Assembly: GCA_038087875.1 (NCBI GenBank)
Contig: JAXLNO010001977.1
Location: forward strand, 1 to 64,000
DNA from: Malacoraja senta
Lineage: Eukaryota
Direction: 5' to 3'
Length of the DNA: 64,000 nucleotides
In this document: one piece after another, positions 35,486 to 46,461 of the stretch
How the letters are laid out: each line of letters starts with the position of its first letter
How positions within the stretch are numbered: position 1 is the stretch's first letter
Notes under the pieces: model-generated
Seen by the model: the letters and a program-made list of their open reading frames with translations, nothing else
The model's database searches: none
Told to the model about the DNA's origin: nothing
Position numbers and translations under genes: made by a program

Positions 35486-38400
35486 CTGAAATGGAGGGGA
35501 AAAACTTTCAGATGGAGAGCAAATGAACTGTTTAATGGTAATAGATACATTTTGAAGATTACATGAAAAACATAATCGTTCCATGATGTGTCATATTGCT
35601 TCACGACCAATGTATCCGGTATGAAGTGCGGCAGTGCTGTTATTGTATCAGTTGAGTCAGTGTTCTACCCCCCGGTCAGTACAATTTGGGTTCACTTCTC
35701 ACTCCAGATCCCTCAGCAGAAACTGGGCTGGGATTGCAGTGCGGCACTGAGGGAGCGCGGCAGTGTTGCAGGAGCTGCCTATCAACAATCCCAGGCGATA
35801 CCCGGCCTATTCCCTTCAGAAAGACCCCATTTTGCTATTTCAGTTTCGGCGCTGCCAACATTCATCTCTCAACCGACACTGGGCCGGACCCGTGTTTAGA
35901 AATTCACCGCAACCACTGCCTTTACAACCCCCTGACTGAGTACGGACGGGTTACAATAAAGCGGGTCCTTACTGGAGAGCGTTACTAGCGTGAAAACGCA
36001 CACCGCCAGATTCACTGTACGTCGGTACTCGTGACAATAAACTAAACTGAATTGTGAGCCCAATGTCCCGCTGCTCATCTGGGACAGGTTTTATTCCCAA
36101 TGACCCCGGCTCGCCCTGGACAATTCAGCACGACTGGGCCACGGATCCGAGAGAGGATGGAGAGAGAGTTGGGGGTGGGTGGATAGAGCGAGGACAGTGG
36201 TTCAGTCTCAGACTCCGGGGAATTGTTGGGTTTGCGACACAGTTGAGCCGGACAAATGCTGGGAATGTTTGAACTGACACAATGAGTCCACAATCCTGAC
36301 TTCCACCTCCTTGGTAAACACATTTTAAAAGTGTAGAATTAACTTACAGCTGACGTTGGAACCTCTCGCCTTCGGTCCAGGTGTCTTGCAGTATCTGCTT
36401 CAAATTTCTTCGCTATTTTAAGCCTTTCATTTATCGTCAGGATGTATTTCGACCATGTGTCAACAGTGGTTAAACTACGAACATTGTGTAGATATTCAAG
36501 TGTGATTTCAGATCCATCACCACAATGCACCGAGTTCCATTTCCCCCATTACATGTCTACACACACTTAACCATCTCTGCTGTGGAAAACGAATTACGAT
36601 CCCTTTAAGATAGACACAAAATTCTGGAGTAACGCAACGGAGCAGGCAGCATCTCTCGAAAGAAGGAATGTGTGACGTTTCGTGTCGAGACCCATCTTCA
36701 GCCTGAGAATCATGGGACAGGGAGACAGAAGATAAATGGAAAGGTAAGGTGTGAAAACAAGTGATCAAAGGTGAAAAGAAAATGGACAATGGATCATTGT
36801 GAGCTGAAGGGAAGGTGACAACGAGGCATACAATAATTAAAAGAAAATCAGTTTGACTGTGCAACTAATTGGAGAGCTAGGATGGTGGCGGGATGGGGAC
36901 AGGAGTAAAGCAAGGGTTCCTTGAAGTTAGAGAAGTCAATATTCAAACCGATGGGTTGTAAGTTGCCCAGGTGCTTTTCCTCCTATTTACGTTGGATAGT
37001 GGAGGAGGTCCAGGACAGAAAGTTGAGTTTGGGGATGGGAGGGGGAATTAAAGTGTTTAGCAATCGGGAAGTAGCGTCGGCCGAAGCAGACTGAGCGGAG
37101 TTATTCAGCGAAACGATCGACGAGTCTGCGCTTGGTCTAGCCGATATATAGTAGTTCACACCTGGAACAGCGGATGTAGTAGGTGAGCTTGGAGGAGATG
37201 CTAGTCAATCCTCACCCGAAAAGATTGTTGGAGACCTTGGACGGAGTAGAGGAAGGAGGTATCGAGACAGGTGATCCATCTCCTGCAGTTGTCGTGGAAG
37301 GTAATTGGGGAGAGGATGTTTTTTGTTTCGGGGGGGGGGGGGGGATGGACGTTGACCAGGGAGTTACGAAAGGAACGGTCTCTTCGGAAAGCAGAAAGCG
37401 GTGGAGATGGAAAGATGTGTCTAGTAGTGGGATCCCGTTGGAGGTGGCGAAAATGTTGGAGGATTATGTGTTGTGTGCGACGGCTGATGGGGTGAAAGAT
37501 GAGTTTATTCTGCTTAACACCGGGGAAATGTCCGGGTGGAGAGGTTGGCTGACTGCCGGGCGGTGGGTGGACAGTGGCTGCTGGGGATGGGGGCGCATTG
37601 ACGGGGCAGAGGGAGAGAGAGAGAGAGCGCGGGGTTTGGGAGGGAATGACTGATCCCTGAGGTGGGGGCGGGAAGCGGGATGGCCTACCCCGGGAGGACT
37701 GATCGCAGTCTATTGAGCTCTGGGGACTGATTTTTAAAAAACTCTCGGGGTATTCAGACCGCGAGCAACACTTGTTTCTCACTGATCTGTCGGATTATTA
37801 TTTTGAGTCGGAATGCAAACTTCTGACAGGGTGACATTTCATACAGTTCAGAGGAAGGGAAATGTGCTGAGCATTCCACTTGAAGTGAAAAGTGAAGTGA
37901 AAGAGAAGTTAAATTCCACTTTTCAAAAAAGGAGCGAGAGAGAAAGCTGGGAATTACAGACCAGTTAGCCTGACTTCGGTGGTGGGAAAGATGCTGGTGT
38001 CAATTATTAAAGAGGTAATAATGGGGCATTTGGATAGCAGTAAAAGGATTAGTCCAAGTCAGCATGGAGTTATGAAAGGAAAACCATGCTTGACTAATCT
38101 TCTAGATTTTTTTGAGGATGTGACAAGTAAAATGGATGAAGGGGAGCCAGTGGATGTAGTGTATATAGACTTTCAGAAAGCCTTTGATAAGGACCCGCCC
38201 GGGATACTGGTGACTACAATTAGAGCGCATGGTATTGGGGGTAGGGTGTTGACGTGGATAGAAGATTGGTTGGCAGACAGGAAGTAAAGAGTAGGAGTGA
38301 ACGGGTCCTTTTCAGAATGTCAGGCAGTTGCGAATGGAGTGCCGCAAGGCTCGGTGTTGGGCCGCAACTGTTTACCATATATATTAATGATTTGGAAGAG

Positions 38401-39434
38401 GGAATTAGGAGCAACACTAGCAAGTTTGCGGATGACACAAAGCTGGATGGCAGTGTGAACTGTGAAGAGGATGTTAGGAGGTTGCAGGGTGACCAGGACA
38501 GGTTGAGTGAGTGGGCAGATGCGTGGCAGTATAATATAGATAAATGTGAGGTTATCCACTTTGGTGGCAAAAACAAGGGGTAGATTATTATCACAACGGG
38601 GTTAGGTTAGGTAAGGGGGAGGCGCAGCGAGACCTGGGTGTCCTTGTACACCGGTCACTGAAAGTTGGCTTGCAGGTAAGGCAGGCAGTGAAGAAAGCTA
38701 ATGTAATGTTGGCCTTCATAACAAGATAATTTCAGTATAGGAGTACAGAGGTTCTTCTGCAGTTGTATAGGGCTCTGGAAAGACCACAGCTGGAGTACTG
38801 CGTACAGTTTTGGTCTCCTAATTTGTGGAAGGACATCCTTGTGATTGAGGCAGTGCAGCATAGGTTCACGAGATTGATCCCTGGGATGGCGGGACTGTCT
38901 TATGAGGAAAAATTGAAAAGACTAGGCTTGTATTCACTGGAGTTTAGAAGGATGAGGGGGGATCTTATAGAAACACATAACATTATAAAAGGACTGGACA
39001 AGCTAGATGCAGGAAAAATGTTCCCAATGTTGGGCGAGTCCAGACCAGGGGGCACAGTCTTAGAATAAAGGGAGGCCATTTAAGACTGAGGTGAGAAAAA
39101 ACGTTTTCACCCAGAGAGTTGTGAATTTGTGGCATTCCCTGCCAGAGAGGACAGTGGAGGCCAAATCACTGGATGGATTTAAGAGAGAGTCAGATAGAGC
39201 TCCAGGGTCTAGTGGAATCAAGGGTGACTTCCGGTGGCGACAGACTTCCGGTGGCGACATGCTTTGCTAGCAGTCGCAAATTTTTTAGCTCCGCTGAAAA
39301 AATCGCGTTTTTTCGCGTTAAAATCGGGTCTGGAGGTCGGGACCGTTTTTAAAAACTTACCGGAGGTTCATGTCGCGGTGCTGATGACGTCATCAGTAAG
39401 CGCCGCGATTTTAACGGAGGGAAAGTCATTTTAA

Positions 39435-40430
39435 ATGAAAAGTACATCTCCAGGTCAGAGCCCACAGAGGAAAATCTCAAAACATCTGCTGAAGACTCTG
39501 GAACAGCAAGAAACTTCAGAACTGACCTCTGGAGAGGTCTCTGGAATGGCTACTCGATCTGCAAAAGAGAAAGCCGAAATGGAGGACTTAAGAAACTCGG
39601 TAAGAGATATCAAAAATGATATGGAAGCTGGGAACAGTAAATTGATGGCCGGTAATGATAAAATACTTGAGGGTATTGAGGCTCTCCAAAAAAGAATTGA
39701 AGGTGTGGAAAAAGGATTATCGATAAAAATTGAAAAGGTGGCAGAAGAGACCATAAAGAGGTTTGAGGCTGTGCACGAAACTGTGGCTGCAAATGCATCT
39801 GCAGTGAAAGATTTGGAAGCTGCTGTGGAAGTGATGGCTGGAGAGATGCAGACTATGAAGTCAGAAATAGATAGTCTCAAGAACCAAGTCACAAAGGTTT
39901 CGAATAAATGTGTTGACCTAGAAGCTCGCTCAAGACGTCAAAATATAAGAATACGTGGTGTAAAAGAGGGAGCTGAGGGGGACAATGTTTGTGAGTTCGC
40001 TGCCAACCTAATTAAACACGTACTGAAGCTACCAGAAGTACCTGTAATTGAAGTAGCACATCGACTCCCTAGATTTAAATCAAGATCTCAAGGAGAACGT
40101 GCCTACCCACGACAGATCATAATTAAACTTCGGGATATCTCAACAATGGAAGCGCTGATGAAAAAAATCAACCACGGAGAGAAGATGATGTACAGAGGTG
40201 ATACTATTAAACTCCTACGGGACTACCCTTATGAGATTGAGCAAAAGAGAAGAAAGTTCTCACAGACCAGAGAAGTTCTTTATGGTGTTAAGGGAGTTTT
40301 GTGTGGAGTGTTCTATCCGGCTAGAATGCGTATTACCTTTGAGGGAGTGTCAAAAACATTCACTAATTCGGATGAATCTCTCAAATACGCTCAAGAAATC
40401 GCGACTAAGGCTGCATCAACTGGAGATTGA
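39435..40430 (+). CDS. L1 ORF1p (coiled coil + RRM + CTD, 331 aa)
   Basis: Heptad-rich N-half, then DLEARSRRQNIRIRGVKEG, IEVAHR, PRQII and GVFYPARMRI motifs of L1 ORF1p. Confidence 0.92.
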   Translation: MKSTSPGQSPQRKISKHLLKTLEQQETSELTSGEVSGMATRSAKEKAEMEDLRNSVRDIKNDMEAGNSKLMAGNDKILEGIEALQKRIEGVEKGLSIKIEKVAEETIKRFEAVHETVAANASAVKDLEAAVEVMAGEMQTMKSEIDSLKNQVTKVSNKCVDLEARSRRQNIRIRGVKEGAEGDNVCEFAANLIKHVLKLPEVPVIEVAHRLPRFKSRSQGERAYPRQIIIKLRDISTMEALMKKINHGEKMMYRGDTIKLLRDYPYEIEQKRRKFSQTREVLYGVKGVLCGVFYPARMRITFEGVSKTFTNSDESLKYAQEIATKAASTGD

Positions 40431-41649
40431 AAACCAAGACGACATGAACAAACGAACTTGCTTATTCTCCCAACATGAGTATCACAAGGAAAGTGAATTA
40501 ACTGAACACTGATTTTTTATTTTTTTATTTGACTTCAAGCAACAGATTCTTAGTGAGACGTGGCTAGACATTATTATCTTCGCTGGAACATTGTGCTATG
40601 TAATTCAAGGACACTACGTGCTCAAACGAGGAAAACCTGATAACACGGGACGAACTGCTGGGCTGAGAGTGAAAAACATCACATGGCTTATATTGTTTAT
40701 AAAAAACTGAAAAAACTGAGAACTAATAATAATTAATAATTAACAATACTAATATAGAAATAGCAATTGTAATAGATAAAAAATGTGCAGCCTGCTCTGT
40801 TTAGCAGATAACAGCAAGTGCTATGCAGCTCGAGAGTGGAGGGAGGGGGAGACCGGGTACCTGGCATAACTCCAGGAGCCAGACTCCCGTTAACCCTTCC
40901 AGCGAACAGCTCATTTTTAACAATATTAAAACCAATTTAAAATAGTTAAGAGATAATATACACTCGAGGTTGGTATGAAAAATATATACGGCTTATATAG
41001 TTTTACAAAATGCTGAGAATTAATCATAATTAATAATTAACAATACTAATATAGAAATAATATTTGAAACTGATAAAACTGTGGTGCCTGCGTCATAACG
41101 CAGACAGCAGTTATCACATATGTTCGCAGCTCGTGGAGAGGAGAGGAGATCAGGCACCTGGCACAATTCCAGGAACCTGACTCCGGTTAATCCACTCAGT
41201 AAACCGCTCACTTTAACAATACTAAATTCATTTTAAAATAGTTAAGAGATAAAGAGTGAGTAGGATATGGAATCGAATACATTTGACATATATATAAATT
41301 GTAACTGGGTGAAATAGAACTGAATTGGAAACGGTAATGACCCCATAGATTTTGGGTAATAAATACAGCGGGGCTAACTTTATACCAACTACGCCGGAAG
41401 CGTTATGGATGTCGTACCCCACAGACGAGTGGGCCACTCACTACGGTGTTGAAATTTTAGACACCGTAAATTTATTTGATTTATATACTTTTTTTTTAAT
41501 CACAATATGTCACATCTGTGTGTTTTTTCTTCAAGGACAATCGCGCAGGAGAACTACCAAGGAAGTCTATAATAGAAATACTCCCAAAATAACCAGAGTC
41601 CGGAGGTATGAACGCACCACAATAATTAAGGTCATTAAAACTGGTAAAA

Positions 41650-44600
41650 ATGCATGACGACAATCAAAAGAAAATAGGAGGAATCACATTATGTAGTTGG
41701 AATATAAGGGGGATTAATGAACCTATTAAAAGGGGCAAGATACTAGCTCAGTTGAAATCATACAACACGGACATTGCGTTTCTACAGGAAACACATCTTA
41801 AACAGCAAGATCAGACAAGACTGAGGGCGAACTGGATAGGCCAAACATTTCACTCTTCATTTACCTCCAAATCTAGAGGTACTGCAATTATTATTCGTAA
41901 AGGAATTCCATTTAAATCAAAGAACACTATTTTAGATAAGGAAGGGAGATATCTTATAGTAGCAGGGGAGATCAATAATATGCCAATTACGCTGGTAAAC
42001 ATATATGCGCCCAACTTTGATAACCCTCAATTTTTTAATAAAATTCTGAATATAATTGCAGAATCTAATTATCAAAATGTTATAATCGGAGGAGATTTTA
42101 ATTGTGTTTTAGATCCTTATTTAGATAAATCGATGCAAAAACAAAAAGGTCAGACGAAATCTAAAACCAGTGAACTATTGCACACATATATGGAAAACAC
42201 AAATATAACAGATGTATGGAGGATTGCAAACCCGACGGGAAGGGATTACTCGTTTTATTCAATGGTGCATAAAACATATTCACGGATAGACTATTTTCTT
42301 GTGGATACAAAATTAATTCCGCAATCTTTGAATCCTAAATATCATATTAATGCGATCTCAGATCATTCTCCGTTAACTTTTGTTCTAAAACTAGAAGGAA
42401 TGTCTATGAATAAACCGTTCTGGAGGTTTAACTCACACATTTTAAAAGACCCTCAAGGGAGTATCTATCTAAAAAAACAGATGGATCTATTTTTTGAGTT
42501 AAATGATACACCAGAGATATCCCCCACGTTATTATGGGAATCCTTCAAAGCATTTATAAGAGGAGTCATTATTTCATTTCAAGCTTATCAAAATAAAAAG
42601 AATAAGAATGAACAAAGACACTTAGAAGATCAAATAAAACAGTTAGATATAGATAATGCTAAAGACCCAACTATGGATAAACATAATAAAATACTACTAC
42701 TGAAATTTCAGTTAAATAAATTACTGTCAGAGAAAGTTATAACATTATTTCAAATCACAAAACAAGAACACTTCGAATTCGGGGACAAACCCCACAAACT
42801 TCTAGCACGACAACTTAAAAAACGGGAAAAAGAGAATGCAATATTAAAGATTAAATCAGATAGAGGGGAAGTATTAACACTACCCAAGGATATTAATAAA
42901 AGATTTGCTCAATTTTACCAGAATCTATACACATCTAAAACGTCAATAGACAATAATAAAATCTCAGAATTTTTAGATAATTGTAATCTACCACAATTAG
43001 AACGCAGGGAACAAGAGGAACTGGGAGCACAAATTACTTCTAAGGAGATAGAAGACACAATAAAAACACTAAAAAATGGAAAAACACCAGGACCAGACGG
43101 ATTCAGTAATGAATTTTATAAATCTTTTTATGATATAGTTACTCCACGATTACAAAAAATGTATACATATGCTTATAAAGAGCAAAACCTACCTGAAACA
43201 CTAGCGGAATCAACGATCATATTAATACTTAAAAAAGATAAAAATATAGAAGAACCAGGATCATATAGAGCTATTGCTTTGTTAAATACGGATCAGAAAA
43301 TAATAGCAAAAACATTAGCCAATAGATTAAGCAAGTATGTTAGTAGACTAATACATGAGGATCAAACAGGATTTATACCTAAGAGACACTCATTTAATAA
43401 TTTGAGACGTTTGCTTAACATAATGCATTCACATAAATCTTATGACCAAGAGTTAGCTATCATCTCACTGGACGCAGAAAAAGCGTTTGATCAAGTAGAA
43501 TGGGACTATATGATCAAAGTATTGCAAAAATTCCAATTGGGAGAAAACTTTATTGCATGGATAAAACTACTATATAACAAACCTACGGCTAGAATACTAA
43601 CTAATAATATATTATCTTCAAAATTCGAATTATCTAGGGGCAACAGACAAGGATGTTCACTATCACCGCTGTTATTTGCTTTGGTAATTGAACCCCTTGC
43701 TGAAAAAATAAGAACACACTCGAATATTCACGGTTATAACACAAAATATTCAAACAACAAACTATCCCTATATGCTGATGATGTACTACTGTACATCACA
43801 AAACCACAAATTAGTATACCAAATATATTAAACTTAATTGAGGACTTTGGATCCTTTTCAGGATATAGAATAAATTGGAACAAAAGTGAAATTATGTCGA
43901 TTAAACCAAAAGACTCAACACATCTCAGGAAATTCCCTTTTAAAATAGCTATGGAAAAATTCAAATATTTAGGAATTGAGATCACTAGAAATTACCATGA
44001 TATGTTTAAAGCTAATTATAATCCCCTACTTAAGAAATTAAATAATTTGATTAAATTTTGGAAAACACTTCCGATGTCCTTAATAGGTAGGATAAATGCT
44101 ATAAAAATGATTTTCTTACCACAAATCCTTTACCTATTTCAATCAATACCTATATATCTCCCAAAAAAGTTTTTCAAAAAACTGGACTCAGACATTACAA
44201 ATTTTATATGGGATTACAAATCCCACAGAATACAAAGAACACACCTTAACAAACGAAAAGAGTTGGGGGGTCTAGCGCTCCCTAACTTTATGTATTATAA
44301 CTGGGCAGTAAATATTAAAAATATGATTCACCTGCTGGACAATTCTGCCCAGCAGGTGGACTGGATTATAATGGAAAAAGGGGATTGCTCCCCGAATAAT
44401 ATAGGAGCGATTATTCTCTCTCCAATAAATTTGAATAATAAAAATTATAATAAAAATCCAATTATATATAGCACTATTAGAACATGGAAGCAAATAAAAC
44501 AGAATCTAAAATTAAGAAACCTATCTCTCTTAATACCAATAGTCAATAACCCATCGTTTAAACCTTCAATCATAGATAAAGCATTTATACAATGGGAAAG

Positions 44601-45441
44601 AATGGGAATCAAAACGCTCGAAGATCTGTATGAATTAGAAAAATTACTATCATTCCAACAACTACAACTGAAATATAATTTGAAAAATAATCAATATTTT
44701 AAATATCTACAAATCTGTGACTATTTGAAAACACACACAAAAGATTATTATAATATGCCTTCCGACTTACTAGATGAAGCAATGAAGACAAAGGCGGAAT
44801 CAGTTAATTTAATATCATACTTATATAATATCATCTTAAACATAGAAATACCCACAACAGATGGAATTAGAAGAGATTGGGAACAAGATCTAGGTATAAA
44901 AATTTCAAAAGAGAGTTGGGATAATCATTTATTACAGGTGCATAAATGCTCGATCAACGTACGACATACGCTTATCCAATTTAAAACATTACATAGATTA
45001 TATTATTCAAAAACCAAACTAAATAAAATCTTTCCTAACGTCTCACCAATCTGTGATAAATGTATATGTCAAGAAGCTACCATAGCACATTCTTTTGTTT
45101 TTTGTACAAAAATCCAAAAATTCTGGTTTGAAATATTTGATATTTTTTCAAAATTAATCAAAATAAAACTGGTACCAAAACCAGAATGGATTATTTTTGG
45201 AATATCGGAAGGTATTCCTGAATTAAACGTGTATCAGAAGAATTTACTCAATTATGGGCTAATAATGGGAAAAAAGCTTATACTTAAATTCTGGAAAAAT
45301 GCGCCCACACCAACAATAAAAATGTGGACATCAAATATGTTGGAAACATTACATCTGGAAGAGATGAGATTCCTCCTAGTAGGCAAAGTAGACCAATTTC
45401 AAAAGACGTGGTCTACGTTTTTGGACCTATTACAAGCATGA
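41650..45441 (+). CDS. L1 ORF2p (APE endonuclease + RT + C-terminal Cys/His motif, 1263 aa)
   Basis: WNIRG, LQETH, GGDFN and SDHSP endonuclease motifs; RQGCSLSP and LYADD RT motifs; CDKC...HSFVFC. No stops. Confidence 0.95.
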   Translation: MHDDNQKKIGGITLCSWNIRGINEPIKRGKILAQLKSYNTDIAFLQETHLKQQDQTRLRANWIGQTFHSSFTSKSRGTAIIIRKGIPFKSKNTILDKEGRYLIVAGEINNMPITLVNIYAPNFDNPQFFNKILNIIAESNYQNVIIGGDFNCVLDPYLDKSMQKQKGQTKSKTSELLHTYMENTNITDVWRIANPTGRDYSFYSMVHKTYSRIDYFLVDTKLIPQSLNPKYHINAISDHSPLTFVLKLEGMSMNKPFWRFNSHILKDPQGSIYLKKQMDLFFELNDTPEISPTLLWESFKAFIRGVIISFQAYQNKKNKNEQRHLEDQIKQLDIDNAKDPTMDKHNKILLLKFQLNKLLSEKVITLFQITKQEHFEFGDKPHKLLARQLKKREKENAILKIKSDRGEVLTLPKDINKRFAQFYQNLYTSKTSIDNNKISEFLDNCNLPQLERREQEELGAQITSKEIEDTIKTLKNGKTPGPDGFSNEFYKSFYDIVTPRLQKMYTYAYKEQNLPETLAESTIILILKKDKNIEEPGSYRAIALLNTDQKIIAKTLANRLSKYVSRLIHEDQTGFIPKRHSFNNLRRLLNIMHSHKSYDQELAIISLDAEKAFDQVEWDYMIKVLQKFQLGENFIAWIKLLYNKPTARILTNNILSSKFELSRGNRQGCSLSPLLFALVIEPLAEKIRTHSNIHGYNTKYSNNKLSLYADDVLLYITKPQISIPNILNLIEDFGSFSGYRINWNKSEIMSIKPKDSTHLRKFPFKIAMEKFKYLGIEITRNYHDMFKANYNPLLKKLNNLIKFWKTLPMSLIGRINAIKMIFLPQILYLFQSIPIYLPKKFFKKLDSDITNFIWDYKSHRIQRTHLNKRKELGGLALPNFMYYNWAVNIKNMIHLLDNSAQQVDWIIMEKGDCSPNNIGAIILSPINLNNKNYNKNPIIYSTIRTWKQIKQNLKLRNLSLLIPIVNNPSFKPSIIDKAFIQWERMGIKTLEDLYELEKLLSFQQLQLKYNLKNNQYFKYLQICDYLKTHTKDYYNMPSDLLDEAMKTKAESVNLISYLYNIILNIEIPTTDGIRRDWEQDLGIKISKESWDNHLLQVHKCSINVRHTLIQFKTLHRLYYSKTKLNKIFPNVSPICDKCICQEATIAHSFVFCTKIQKFWFEIFDIFSKLIKIKLVPKPEWIIFGISEGIPELNVYQKNLLNYGLIMGKKLILKFWKNAPTPTIKMWTSNMLETLHLEEMRFLLVGKVDQFQKTWSTFLDLLQA

Positions 45442-46183
45442 GGTGCAATAGTAATTTAGAAAAACAAATAAATAAATAAAAGGTATCTGGACCTGGTAAT
45501 GGGAGGTAAAACAAAAACAGACTTGGTTGGTAGTTCCTTCTCTATGAAGTATGTTATAAGAGTTATAATAGAGCGATTGTTCCTTCTTTCTTTCTCTTTC
45601 TTTTCTAGGGTCTATTTTCTAACTTTACTTCCTTCTCTAACTTCTTTTCTAAGGGGCTTTCTTTTCCCAACACTCTTTTGCACTTCACAACCTTTGCGCA
45701 CTTTCTTCACTTTTCTTACTTCTTTCTTTTTCTTTCTTAAAGTTTAAAAAAGTGAAGCGGTACAAAAAATGTATTAATATATACGTGTTGTACATTACTG
45801 TAATCTACCGTACTTCTATTAAAAAAATTATTAAAAAAAAAAAAGGAATCAAGGGTTTTGGGGAGAAGGCAGGCACAGGTTATTGATAGGGGACCATCAG
45901 CCATGATCGCAATGAATGGCGGTGCTGGCTCGAAAGGCCGAATGGCCTCCTCCTGCACCTATTTTCTATGTTTCTATGTTTCTCAGTGGGTGGCCGCTCA
46001 GTGGGGCAGAGCCCGCACAGGGTGAGAGCAAAATGAGTGCGGTTTCCCGACCCCCGCCCGCTCCCCGCAGGTCTCTGCACTGCTGCGGAGCCTCGGGATA
46101 TCGGTGCTGCCCTGACCCTTCCCGGAGAAAACATAGATCAGGCTTTTCAGTGGAGACGACAAGTCAATCGCTGAGAAACGTGC

Positions 46184-46461
46184 CGTCAGATACTTGGAGT
46201 ACTACGTTTAACATTGGACGGCCTTTAGATGTTGTAACTCCACACCTGTACCATCCTGTATCTCCAGAGTGAAGTTCCTCCACAGTCAAAGTAAATATTC
46301 CTCGTGCCGGGTTATCTGTGCTTGACATTCTTCCACTCCGTCCGTGTTGCCCATTTGTTTCCACCATATCTGTACATTGGCGATTCTGCACACGGCACCA
46401 GTATTTTGTGTGTGAGCGGTTCCCACAACTCCACTTACATACGTCTCTCCCCACACTGCGG
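46184..46461 (-). pseudogene. Gene B V exon Vb', pseudo-exon
   Basis: 278 nt instead of 315: a net 37-nt deletion removes the B-strand Cys and shifts the frame. Donor changed GT>GC (GACG|gcacgt). Confidence 0.88.

Larger units (their letters stand above)
39226..45844 (+). mobile_element. Full-length L1-clade LINE with intact ORF1 and ORF2
   Basis: 12-bp TSD ggaatcaagggt at 39214-39225 and 45845-45856, A-rich tail, CpG-rich 5' end. The empty site is present in the paralogous CR1 near 12317-12330. Confidence 0.95.
37887..45983 (+). mobile_element. Paralogous CR1 copy split by the full-length L1
   Basis: Matches 10987-12454 on both sides of the L1. Confidence 0.88.
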
